Positions 9,382-18,933 of a stretch of DNA of 52,405 nucleotides are shown in pieces. This stretch comes from a virus (taxonomy: Duplodnaviria > Caudoviricetes). The notes below the pieces were generated by a model that saw nothing but the letters and a program-made list of their open reading frames with translations, made no database searches and had not been told where the DNA came from. Where the stretch lies: IMG/VR virus record IMGVR_UViG_3300033153_004539, positions 1-52,405 of that record; one strand, written 5' to 3'. Positions within the stretch are counted from its first letter, which is position 1. Each line of letters opens with the position of its first letter. Made by a program: the position numbers and the translations under genes.

Positions 9382-9662
9382 TAACTTTCTGCTATATGTT
9401 TGGCTTCACGTTCGAGAGACGCCCAAGCTATCTCAACAGTTGCACCTAAGCCATTAATCCAGTTATCCTGATACTCGTCATCAAAAGGATTCATGTCTTC
9501 ATGTATAACTATATTACCTGGGAACGACCAACCCATACGTAACTCTATAATTCCTCCATGTAACCTGGCCCATATGTCAGTAGTAGAATGTAAGGGCCTC
9601 CACGAATGACCCTCAGCAATTTTAACGTATACATCTTTCTCTAATTGTTCTAATAAGGTCAT
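9372..9662 (-). CDS. hypothetical protein
   Basis: 96-aa ORF, ATGA coupling. Confidence 0.55.
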   Translation of the reverse strand: MTLLEQLEKDVYVKIAEGHSWRPLHSTTDIWARLHGGIIELRMGWSFPGNIVIHEDMNPFDDEYQDNWINGLGATVEIAWASLEREAKHIAESYWV

Positions 9663-10672
9663 GGAAGCCTGTCTCTTCTTGGGTATGTATCATTAATTAT
9701 TTGTTGTATCCATACTGTACCTACTACATCCATATCAATAGGTGGGCAGAGATCATTACAACATACTTCCAACCTATAAGGTGCGTAACCTGGACCAGTA
9801 TCTTCGGCTACAGCATAAATATCTGGAACACCGACCAATTCACCAAATTCATCTACAGTGCCCTCATGGATAGGGTCGCCATATGTTTTATATGATCCAT
9901 TATAATGTGGGTCTTCGACTCTTATCTTCCAAGTTTTTTGTTCAGAGTATAGTGAGTCAATAAAGAATGGTGGTTGTTGTGCATCTGGTGGAAATATTCT
10001 AGCCAAGAAATATACTACGTAAGCAGTATTACATCCGGAGGCAACACAATTACTTACAGGTACAACAAATTGTATTGATGCTCTTTGTATTTGATTACTG
10101 TAACGCCACATATCGTGGCCAACCACAAACTCTGGTATAGTTAAATCGTGTTCCCAATCTACTAAGTCAACACCATCAGTTAAATAATTCGTGTATGAGT
10201 TTTCTACAATATAGAACCATTTTTGACCACCAGGATACTCAATAGGGTCAAGATCCTCACTATGAAGTGTTTGACCTCTTGCTAATTTACCTCTAATAGG
10301 TGTTATTACTTCTTGCCCTGCATTTCGACCTGTTACTGAACCATTAGGTACAAAACCCTCATAGACACCTGATGTACTATAAATACCTTCAGTAGTACCA
10401 AAACCACTTATTAGTAATTGACCTAAAGGTGCATTTGGCAACAATCTACGAGGTGAGGCCATATAACCATACTCAGCTAAAGACCCATCTACACCACGGC
10501 AACCTCCATTATATGTATATCTATCACATATTATTGCATCACCTTTATGCCATACTAAAAAATTACCTTCTGGGTCTTTTTCTGGGTCAGTGAAACCATG
10601 TCTAGGTTCTACATCACTATCTTTCCATGATGCACCTAAATCATTACGCCCAATATTAGAGTCGAAACCCAT
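9659..10672 (-). CDS. acidic hypothetical protein
   Basis: 337-aa ORF, TAATG coupling. Confidence 0.7.
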   Translation of the reverse strand: MGFDSNIGRNDLGASWKDSDVEPRHGFTDPEKDPEGNFLVWHKGDAIICDRYTYNGGCRGVDGSLAEYGYMASPRRLLPNAPLGQLLISGFGTTEGIYSTSGVYEGFVPNGSVTGRNAGQEVITPIRGKLARGQTLHSEDLDPIEYPGGQKWFYIVENSYTNYLTDGVDLVDWEHDLTIPEFVVGHDMWRYSNQIQRASIQFVVPVSNCVASGCNTAYVVYFLARIFPPDAQQPPFFIDSLYSEQKTWKIRVEDPHYNGSYKTYGDPIHEGTVDEFGELVGVPDIYAVAEDTGPGYAPYRLEVCCNDLCPPIDMDVVGTVWIQQIINDTYPRRDRLP

Positions 10673-10851
10673 TACTTTTTACCTTTAGTAAACTGAGTTT
10701 CTAAAAGTCTTAATGATGTTAACATTATTGCCCCAGCCGCTAAGCCAGCAGCGGATTTGACAAATTCATCACCACTAAGTACATTAGAAAAAATCCACAT
10801 AGGAGCTAACACAACAATAGCTAAGATAAGACACTTAAGTACGTCAGTCAT
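10672..10851 (-). CDS. small two-TM membrane protein
   Basis: MTDVLKCLILAIVVLAPMWIF...; AAGGAG RBS upstream of the ATG at 10851. Confidence 0.6.
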   Translation of the reverse strand: MTDVLKCLILAIVVLAPMWIFSNVLSGDEFVKSAAGLAAGAIMLTSLRLLETQFTKGKK

Positions 10852-10861
10852 TTTGTTCTCC

Positions 10862-10988
10862 TTAATCCAGTACACAGTGATATTGGTGTGGAATCCAAGG
10901 TTATGTTACCTTTTATTACCAATTGGGCTGGGAAATTTTAGCATCTACCGTATGTTAATATAAGCCTAGATACTATGTACTGGATTAA
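10862..10988. repeat. 13-bp perfect inverted repeat flanking 101 bp
   Basis: TTAATCCAGTACA (10862-10874) / TGTACTGGATTAA (10976-10988). Confidence 0.85.
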
Positions 10989-11040
10989 AAAGAACCACCC
11001 TGGGTGGGTTATCTCCCTGGGTGGGAGCCCAGGGTGGCTC
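10987..11040 (-). terminator. intrinsic terminator downstream of the SSB-like gene
   Basis: GAGCCACCCTGGG...CCCAGGGTGGTTC stem followed by TTTTT on the minus strand. Confidence 0.75.
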
Positions 11041-11047
11041 GAAATAT

Positions 11048-11710
11048 CTACCTCTTTCTCTCTTCTTCTTCAGCCAACTCCACCTTAGAGTCTTCAGGAC
11101 TGTTGAATTTTTCTAACTCTTTCTTAATATCCTCAGTATCTGGTAAATTACCCATAGGGGTAGTGCAAGGCATAACAGTTGCCCCGTGCCAGCTATAGCC
11201 AGCCTTCGATTTTATAAATCTAATTTTAAGTGTTGCAGCCTTACCAATTAAGGCTTTAACCTTTTCAGACTCTCTACGTAGAGTTGGATTACCCATTAGT
11301 AATAGAGCAAACTTAGATACACTAGGTATCCAGGTTAAATACTCAAGGCCACAAAGAAAGCCTTGATTCTGTTTGCTCATGGCTTTTGCCTGAACTTCTT
11401 TAAATTCAGGTGTTGAGGTATCGTAGAAATTTACTGGTGTATCACCACCAATAATACACGCTCTAGGTCTTGCGTAAATAACTAAACAATCAAATTGTTC
11501 AGTTAAATCCACCAGGTTATCTTTTGAAAAGTATAACCCAAAGTGTCCCATGGGGAACTCTCCAGCTTTTACTACATCATTAGATGCACCATAGACACGA
11601 ATTTGTGGTAAATATGCTGAAGTACGTGTTAATACTTCAATATCACCACCATCAAGAGGTTTCAGACCTAGCCCCTCAATCGGAATTAGATAACCATTTT
11701 CATCTGACAT
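11048..11710 (-). CDS. putative ssDNA-binding protein
   Basis: Beta-rich 220-aa protein with acidic C-terminus, co-transcribed with ParB2 in the replication module; function inferred. Confidence 0.5.
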   Translation of the reverse strand: MSDENGYLIPIEGLGLKPLDGGDIEVLTRTSAYLPQIRVYGASNDVVKAGEFPMGHFGLYFSKDNLVDLTEQFDCLVIYARPRACIIGGDTPVNFYDTSTPEFKEVQAKAMSKQNQGFLCGLEYLTWIPSVSKFALLLMGNPTLRRESEKVKALIGKAATLKIRFIKSKAGYSWHGATVMPCTTPMGNLPDTEDIKKELEKFNSPEDSKVELAEEEERKR

Positions 11711-11742
11711 TGAAATAGTCTCCAGTGTTTAGAATTTTTAAT

Positions 11743-12723
11743 TTACTTCATCGCCGCTTCAACTTCTTTTGCTTCAACTTGAAGCTTTGCAGCTTTTTCG
11801 GCTGCTTCTTTAGCAGCACGACGCTTACGTTCCAAAGTGTTCTCTTCCTTACGCTTCTTAAGGTCAGCCCTACGTTCCTCGTCCTTAGCTTTCTGGATCT
11901 CAATAGAATTGGGATCTAGATTCAAAGCCCACTTAACAGCTAAAGCAAAAGCTTGCTCAATATTTTTGGGCTTATTCGTGGAACAGAGAAGTTTACCGAT
12001 TTCAGGCTTTTCCATTTCTTCCGTCAACTCTTTACGAGTACGGAGGATAGCAATAGCCTGAAATTCCGCTGGCTTGGCATCACGACCTTGACGCTTAGCT
12101 TCACGAAGTTCCTTGACACGAGCGTTAACCGTTGCAGCAAACTGCTGTGGCGGCATAGCAATAGCTCGGTCAACAAACTCTGTCTGCTCCTCTTGAGGCA
12201 ACCTTGCCATAGCGTAAGCATTAGATAGGCCGATCTTATCATCATCGACCAATTTACCAATTGCTTCAACCAACTTAAGAAGACCAAGACGCTCACTAAT
12301 CCAAGCAGAAGTTTTACATAATTTTGCCGCCAATTCACTTCTTGCGAGAAGCGGGTTGTCCTGCAATAACTTCAGCAAAGCCTTTGAATACTCAACCGGC
12401 TTAGTCTCAATCTTGTGGACATTTGCCAGAATTTGAGTTTCAATCATCTCTCCGTCTTCGACGGAGATAACCTGGGCCGGTATAGTATCTTTCCCAGCGT
12501 CCTTACTTGCTTCAAAACGATGTAGCCCATCCACTAACCCATAAATAGTTTCACCAGACTCAGGATCCTTAATTTCCCTAACATTAATAGGGTTAAGAAT
12601 GCCCTTAGCTTTGACGGAATCAACAAGACCTTCATACCTTTCGTCTTCTTTATCCACCTGCCGAAGCTTTTCATCTGGCTCGATAATTTTATCGAGTGGG
12701 ATGTGTAATAACTGGGTCGCCAT
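11743..12723 (-). CDS. second ParB/Spo0J-family protein with long charged C-terminal coiled coil
   Basis: GILNPINV, VDGLHRFEA, HTH ELAAKLCKTSAWIS; likely start MATQ at 12723 with GGAG RBS. Confidence 0.9.
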   Translation of the reverse strand: MATQLLHIPLDKIIEPDEKLRQVDKEDERYEGLVDSVKAKGILNPINVREIKDPESGETIYGLVDGLHRFEASKDAGKDTIPAQVISVEDGEMIETQILANVHKIETKPVEYSKALLKLLQDNPLLARSELAAKLCKTSAWISERLGLLKLVEAIGKLVDDDKIGLSNAYAMARLPQEEQTEFVDRAIAMPPQQFAATVNARVKELREAKRQGRDAKPAEFQAIAILRTRKELTEEMEKPEIGKLLCSTNKPKNIEQAFALAVKWALNLDPNSIEIQKAKDEERRADLKKRKEENTLERKRRAAKEAAEKAAKLQVEAKEVEAAMK

Positions 12724-13069
12724 AGAAAAAATCTCCAAACAATAGTCAAACAAAAAATAGGTCAACGATAACTAAATCCGATAAATTTATCACCTCCCCT
12801 CTAAAACTCCATTTATCGGAACGATTCTATCTCCCGTATACTTATACTCTACGGGAGAGGTCCAAAAATCCACTTATTGCTTAGGGCTGAGTTTCCCTTC
12901 CCCTATATATAAAATATACTTATACTTATACTTATACATTATGACGAATTAGAGAACTGATACTTTTTGGTTAGTGGAAAATTTTGCCGCTCAGGGTAAT
13001 ATACTAGTGTAGGATATGTTCGTATGTATCCGATAAATGATCTTTTAGTGGAGGAACGATAAATTTATC
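12724..13069. promoter_or_regulatory. divergent promoter / possible replication origin region
   Basis: Only divergent intergenic gap in the window; GATAAATTTATC palindromes at 12780-12791 and 13058-13069; 9-bp IR 12830-12858; TACTTA tandem near 12917-12937. Confidence 0.7.
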
Positions 13070-14341
13070 ATGTTCACTAGAACGGAAGCAATCAAGCGTT
13101 TTCTATCAACAGAGACAATTAGTGATCTTGCAGAATTATACAGTTTTGATATGGAGGTCCAAGTAAATGTATTACAAGGTGATGGTGAACCTACTCAAGG
13201 TGAATATAAAGGCCGTATTTGGCGTGGTTACACTAATAATCTAATAACATGGAAAACTTTTCGTATACCGTATAATGCTAAAACTGATCCATCTTATGAG
13301 GATAAGCCTATATCTTTTCCTCTCGAAACATATGCCGAAGGTATAGGCATGACTGGTTGGGATTGGAACAATAGGCAAAGTCTTTGGGTTGCATATGATT
13401 TTGACTCAATAATGGGTCACAAGCAATCTGGGTTAAGTAGTGAAGAACTTGAGAAAGTTCAACAAGCCTCCACTAGTGTTGATTGGGTTACTGTTAGAAA
13501 ATCTACTTCTGGTAATGGGTTACATCTGTACGTTTTCTTCGCTAACGCAATACCCACTGAAAACCATACAGAACATGCAGCTCTAGGTAGGTATGTACTT
13601 GGTGTATTATCAGCGAAAACTGGATTTGACTTTTCTAATAAAGTTGACATTTGTGGTGGTAATATGTGGGTCTGGCATCGTAAGATGAAAGACACAGATG
13701 GATTATCATTGATAAAGCAAGGAAGTAAATTACCAGAAGTACACGATACTTGGCGTGATCATATCGAAGTCTGTAAGGGTCGTAGGGACAGAGTTTTACC
13801 AAAAGCTATTTTAGAACAAAATGATACTGATGACACAGAGAGGTTGTATAATGAATTAACAGGTCAATATGTTAAAGAGCCTATTGATACAGAGCATAAA
13901 AGGTTACTGGGTTATCTGGAAGCTAACGGTTGTTTCTGGTATTGGAATCAAGATGGTAACATGTTAATTACACATACCTACCATCTTAAGGAAGCTCACG
14001 AAGCGTTAAATTTAAAGGGATTCTATGATACATTAGCTACGGGGGCACAATGGGGTAACGATCATAATTGTTTTTGCTACCCAATACGCAAAGGCTCTTG
14101 GGTGGTAAGACGTTTCAGTGTTGGTTGTACTGAGCATGATTCTTGGGATATTGATGGTTCAGGGTGGACACGTTGCTATTACAATATTGATCCTGATTTA
14201 CGTAGCGTTGCTACAGCTTTTGAAGGTGTAGAAGATTCTGATGGTGGTTATGTTTTTACTCAAGCTGAAAGAGCTGAACAGACTTTATTAAAATTAGGTG
14301 CTACGATAAATTTACCGGCTTGGTCTCGCTCAGGTTGCTAG
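13070..14341 (+). CDS. primase-helicase, N-terminal (AEP/prim-pol-like) part
   Basis: YDFD, STSGNGLHLY and KVD motifs typical of AEP-like primases. Confidence 0.75.
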   Translation: MFTRTEAIKRFLSTETISDLAELYSFDMEVQVNVLQGDGEPTQGEYKGRIWRGYTNNLITWKTFRIPYNAKTDPSYEDKPISFPLETYAEGIGMTGWDWNNRQSLWVAYDFDSIMGHKQSGLSSEELEKVQQASTSVDWVTVRKSTSGNGLHLYVFFANAIPTENHTEHAALGRYVLGVLSAKTGFDFSNKVDICGGNMWVWHRKMKDTDGLSLIKQGSKLPEVHDTWRDHIEVCKGRRDRVLPKAILEQNDTDDTERLYNELTGQYVKEPIDTEHKRLLGYLEANGCFWYWNQDGNMLITHTYHLKEAHEALNLKGFYDTLATGAQWGNDHNCFCYPIRKGSWVVRRFSVGCTEHDSWDIDGSGWTRCYYNIDPDLRSVATAFEGVEDSDGGYVFTQAERAEQTLLKLGATINLPAWSRSGC

Positions 14342-15710
14342 AGAGGGAACTGATAATCCTAATGATATGCCAAAGTGGATAGAAAATAATAAAACTTGGA
14401 GACGAATATTTAAAATTACAACAAAAACTGCAACAACTACTGAGACGCAAAATTTTGATGATTTAATACGACATATAGTTACTGAGAATCATCAAGATGC
14501 AGGGTGGGTAATTCAAACAGATGGTCACTGGACAGAGGAACCATTAGGTCATATAAAAATGGCTCTTAAATCTATGGGTCACTCAGCTAAAATGGTTGAA
14601 GAAATTATGGGTGAATCAGTATTTCGTAAGTGGACACTAGTGAACAAACCATTTCAGCCTGAGTATCCTGGAGATCGTCAATGGAATAAAGACGCTTGTC
14701 AGTTGAGACATTTTCCGTCGAAATCTGATAACTTAAGTTTTCCAACATGGAACAAGATTCTAAATCATGTCGGGGCTGGTCTTGATGATGTAATTCAGGG
14801 GGATCAATGGTGCTTAAAAAATGGAATTCTTTCTGGTGGAGATTATTTAAAGTGCTGGGTCGCTTCTTTGTTCCAATACCCAGAGAGATCTTTGCCATAT
14901 CTATTCCTTTATGGTCCAGAGAAAAGTGGCAAATCAATACTACACGAAGCTCTATCTGAACTCATTACAAACAAAGGTTACCAAAGGGCTGATACAGCCT
15001 TACTCAGTGCTCAAGGATTTAATAATGAGTTGCGTCATGCTGTCTTATGTGTTATTGAAGAAGTTAATCTTTCAACTAAAAATCGCATAGCACATAATAG
15101 AATTAAAGACTGGGTAACTAGCCCAATGTTTCAAATCCACCCAAAGGGTGGTGATCCTTATATGGTTATTAATACCATGAAATTTATGCAATGTTCTAAT
15201 TATAAGAATCATTGTCCTATATTTGTAGGGGATACAAGAGTTACTATGATAAATGTTTTGCCACCTAAAGAGCTAGAAGATAGATTAGAATTAATAGCAA
15301 GATGCAAAAAAGAAGCCCCAGATTTTCTCGGAAGAATGTTTTCAATGGAATTACCTAAGTCACCAGATAAAAGACTTAACATGCCAATTATTGAAACAGT
15401 AGCTAAGGAACAATTACAAATAGAAAATAGAAGTTCACTTGAAACTTTTATTGAGGAAAAATGTTTTCATGTGCCAGGTGAATGTATTGAGTTCGCTGAG
15501 TTTTACGATGAATTTACCCGTTGGCTCGATCCTAATGAAATATATGATTGGTCTAAAGTTAAAGTTGGTAGAAATATCCCTGACAAATACCCTAAAGGTC
15601 GTAGAGAATCAGACAATCATCTCTGCTTAGGTAACATGGCATGGGAAAAAATGGAATCAACGAAAAAGCCATTAATTTTTAGGAAGAATAAATTAGTTAG
15701 ACAAATGTAA
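14310..15710 (+). CDS. primase-helicase, C-terminal P-loop (SF3/D5-like) part; frame open from 14310
   Basis: Walker A GPEKSGKS, Walker B VIEE, motif C CSN; no well-spaced RBS before ATG 14367. Confidence 0.8.
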   Translation: MYRLGLAQVAREGTDNPNDMPKWIENNKTWRRIFKITTKTATTTETQNFDDLIRHIVTENHQDAGWVIQTDGHWTEEPLGHIKMALKSMGHSAKMVEEIMGESVFRKWTLVNKPFQPEYPGDRQWNKDACQLRHFPSKSDNLSFPTWNKILNHVGAGLDDVIQGDQWCLKNGILSGGDYLKCWVASLFQYPERSLPYLFLYGPEKSGKSILHEALSELITNKGYQRADTALLSAQGFNNELRHAVLCVIEEVNLSTKNRIAHNRIKDWVTSPMFQIHPKGGDPYMVINTMKFMQCSNYKNHCPIFVGDTRVTMINVLPPKELEDRLELIARCKKEAPDFLGRMFSMELPKSPDKRLNMPIIETVAKEQLQIENRSSLETFIEEKCFHVPGECIEFAEFYDEFTRWLDPNEIYDWSKVKVGRNIPDKYPKGRRESDNHLCLGNMAWEKMESTKKPLIFRKNKLVRQM

Positions 15711-16290
15711 GTAACTCTTTGTATACTTCACCTGTAACAACACAATCCCCCAAAGCCGTGTGAGCACGGTCATGGGGGATTTTTAATTGACTAGCAATAT
15801 ATGACAAATTTACCTTAGGGAAAGGTATACTCTGTAACTTATGGTCAGCTCTATCATTAATGTATTGGGCAACAGCCATTGAGTCTCTATATCGTCCATC
15901 AATATGGAACTCAAATGTTTTTGGCCCAAGCCATGCTTTAATGAAATTACAATCAAAATTCCAATTATGTGCAAGAGGCAAGATACGTTTGTTTTCTGCT
16001 AATCTTAATTTGTCGAACCAATCGACAAATAAATCAGCAGCTTCATACTTATCCATGCCTTCACTAAGTAACTTCATAAAATCGACTTGATTAACTTTAA
16101 GAGCACCAGGCTCTATATCATCAAGATTCTCTGGTTTGATTTTTACATCAAAAAAGGGAACATCCTTACGTGGGTTAAGATTAAAATCTAAAGGTAAAAA
16201 AGCTACCTCAATAACTTCATTGACGCTAGGGTCCAGACCAGTTGTTTCACAATCGATAACACAAATCTGATGACCATTTAAATGAATCAT
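15697..16290 (-). CDS. DEDDh 3'-5' exonuclease (DnaQ-like)
   Basis: DCETTG, AHNWNFD, HTALGD; AGGAGA RBS before the ATG at 16290. Confidence 0.9.
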   Translation of the reverse strand: MIHLNGHQICVIDCETTGLDPSVNEVIEVAFLPLDFNLNPRKDVPFFDVKIKPENLDDIEPGALKVNQVDFMKLLSEGMDKYEAADLFVDWFDKLRLAENKRILPLAHNWNFDCNFIKAWLGPKTFEFHIDGRYRDSMAVAQYINDRADHKLQSIPFPKVNLSYIASQLKIPHDRAHTALGDCVVTGEVYKELLTFV

Positions 16291-16300
16291 AATTTCTCCT

Positions 16301-18931
16301 TTATAACCAAACTGGAATTTGCATAGTGTACTGATAGTAAGATACTGTATTATCTGCATTTGGTTTTTCTAATAACGAACCTTCTAGTATTGAATCTGGG
16401 TCTGCAATATTTAATTCATTTTTAGCTACTAAACACCATGTATCTTCTGGTATCCTTTCATCTTCATCAATTTGTAATTGTGTAACTGGTATACCTACTA
16501 CTGGGTCACTTTGTAAGCCATTCTCGTATACATTACAATAATAGAAACCATACTCTTCATTATAATCTGTTACCACAGCTGGATAACTGAAAGAGCTACC
16601 TTCATCCTCTTCTCCACCATCTTCCCCAGTTATATCTTCATAATCAAGATAAAGATAAATCCAAATTTGTACATTAGAATCAGGTGCCGACTCACCCTCG
16701 AAACCAGGTTCTGGTTTTTCATCATCCTTATCAGATGGTGTCTGTTCACCGTACTGTCTATTATTTCTTTTAGATTGTATACTACCTGTTCCTGTTGTTG
16801 CCTCAAAATTACTTTTTATTTCTTCATCCCCAATAGTAAATCCTCCAGTAATTTCAACAGTATTACCACCAGCATATCCCTGTTCGATTTCTTCATCTGT
16901 TGGAAATAAATGACTGGGATCAATTTGTGAGGGCCAACCAAATATATAAGACTCCATTGTGCCAAATTTAACTGGAGTCCATACATCAAAAATAAGAGTC
17001 CTATCATCTGATTGATATTTTAAATCTGTAACAAGACCATTAACAGCCTCATTAGAAATAAAGTTCATTTCATTAAAATTTAATGATATTGTATCAAATG
17101 TTTCTAAATTTAATAAATTAAGTGATGATTCAAAATGTAATAATTTCCACACATTAGATAATCTTATTACCCAAAAAGTAGCACTCTTAAGAACTAATTC
17201 ATTTATATTATAAATATAGAAATCAACAACTCTTTCCCTGCTACCATATTTTTTAACATTATGTCTTAAGATAAGTTTGTGGGGATCTTCAAGTGCATAA
17301 TTATCTGTCCAATTTACAACTAATTTAGTAACTATTTCTTCAGTGTCTGTTCCATGTATTTGTAGTGTGCTTAAATCTATATCACTTTCAGATACTGAGG
17401 CATTTGCTGCCAACTCTTCAGAAAGATATTTTAAATAGACAGTGTTGTTATTAACCCATATAGCACATCTTGCTTGAAAAGCCATTTCCTCAAGCATTTC
17501 TAATAAATTCTTTTGCTCAAGCATAGCAAAATGTGATGGATAGTTATCTATCATATTTCTTACATAATTAAATGTAGTAGTATCATAAGATAAATCACTA
17601 AATGTTTCAATAAGCCAAATCATCTCGTCAACAGTATTTGGCCCAATAGGTGATTCCATTGTTACATAAATATTATCCTCATATTCCTCATTAATAGAAC
17701 TAAGTGGAGTATCAAATGTTATAGCAGTTACAGTTAAATCACCTAAATTGACATGATCAACAGTATAATAATTAGATGGTATATTAAATAAAGATGTAAC
17801 ACTGCCTATCCTCCTATAAGCTTGTATATATTGAACTTCTGAAGGTATAATGTTAGCTACATAAGTTATAGATTTTTCAGACTTAAGGCGTACTACAGAA
17901 CCAGCATTAATCCAAATATTACCATATGGTGATGATATATCACCATCCCATTCAGGAATAATCCTTTCAGATACTGTAAAAATGTTACCATTAAATGATC
18001 CATGAAATTCTACACCATTAATATCTAAAACTAATGTTCTACCTTGAGGTATATTTTTTACATCAACAACTTCTAGCTGATCTAATTGTGCTTCCTCTTG
18101 TTCATTACGTATAATACTTAATTCACTTATTTCATTTTCAACTTGCCCTATTTGTTGTGCTATTGATGCTACTGTACTTTCAGCTGACTGCTGCAACGAA
18201 CAAGCTTCTTGACTACCACTAAAATCACAACCAAAAGCAGCACCACCAGCTATCATAACCCAATAGTAAAATAATTCCCATAAAGACTCTAACTTTGTAG
18301 CTAACTCAGCTAGTTTTGGGCCCAAAGAAGGATCGACAACATTAGTAGCTACAGATAATTGTGTAGTTGGTACCTCTTGTAATGCTACTGCTGGTACATT
18401 CTGGACTAAGCCAAAAGCCATAGGCCAAGGCTTACCAACTAAATGATCTGGTATATTATTAAAATCACCATCTTCAGGACTAAAGCCTACCTCTTTGTCT
18501 TCAAGCTTTGATATTACATCAAAACTTAATGTTTTATCTCCTTCACTCCAAACAATTGGTGAAGATAATTCACCTTCAAAAAGCTTGAATCTGTCACTCC
18601 AGGATATACCTGGGAACCATTGTGTAACTCTACATACACTACCATGTATATCAACATTATCAAAAATACTCTTAAGCACATGATCAGTATCACTTAATTG
18701 TACTGATATACTTTGCGTTACACTTTGTGAATCTAACTTAAGAACACTCTCAAGATTAGATATATCCATTACTTTACCAGCTACTGTGGTAGAACCTAAG
18801 TCTAACTCCTTATCAGCATAAAGTAAAAAGTTACCACCTTCTTTATTCCACTGTATTTCTACAATGTTGATAGGTTCACTACCAAATCGTTCAGCTATTT
18901 TATGCAGTACAGCAGCAGTTAGATTACGCAT
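16301..18931 (-). CDS. tail tip / baseplate hub protein
   Basis: 876 aa, downstream of TMP and Dit-like genes; KPWPMAFGLVQNVP motif typical of tail-tip proteins. Confidence 0.7.
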   Translation of the reverse strand: MRNLTAAVLHKIAERFGSEPINIVEIQWNKEGGNFLLYADKELDLGSTTVAGKVMDISNLESVLKLDSQSVTQSISVQLSDTDHVLKSIFDNVDIHGSVCRVTQWFPGISWSDRFKLFEGELSSPIVWSEGDKTLSFDVISKLEDKEVGFSPEDGDFNNIPDHLVGKPWPMAFGLVQNVPAVALQEVPTTQLSVATNVVDPSLGPKLAELATKLESLWELFYYWVMIAGGAAFGCDFSGSQEACSLQQSAESTVASIAQQIGQVENEISELSIIRNEQEEAQLDQLEVVDVKNIPQGRTLVLDINGVEFHGSFNGNIFTVSERIIPEWDGDISSPYGNIWINAGSVVRLKSEKSITYVANIIPSEVQYIQAYRRIGSVTSLFNIPSNYYTVDHVNLGDLTVTAITFDTPLSSINEEYEDNIYVTMESPIGPNTVDEMIWLIETFSDLSYDTTTFNYVRNMIDNYPSHFAMLEQKNLLEMLEEMAFQARCAIWVNNNTVYLKYLSEELAANASVSESDIDLSTLQIHGTDTEEIVTKLVVNWTDNYALEDPHKLILRHNVKKYGSRERVVDFYIYNINELVLKSATFWVIRLSNVWKLLHFESSLNLLNLETFDTISLNFNEMNFISNEAVNGLVTDLKYQSDDRTLIFDVWTPVKFGTMESYIFGWPSQIDPSHLFPTDEEIEQGYAGGNTVEITGGFTIGDEEIKSNFEATTGTGSIQSKRNNRQYGEQTPSDKDDEKPEPGFEGESAPDSNVQIWIYLYLDYEDITGEDGGEEDEGSSFSYPAVVTDYNEEYGFYYCNVYENGLQSDPVVGIPVTQLQIDEDERIPEDTWCLVAKNELNIADPDSILEGSLLEKPNADNTVSYYQYTMQIPVWL

Positions 18932-18933
18932 AA

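Noticed and set aside
10870-10975. Possible tRNA in the intergenic gap
   Set aside because: No cloverleaf, T-loop GTTC or acceptor stem could be built on either strand
12724-12765. Upstream start extensions given by the ORF track (also 16291-16359, 28348-28449, 30217-30246)
   Set aside because: Better ATG starts with Shine-Dalgarno sequences lie downstream; the extensions overlap regulatory elements or upstream genes
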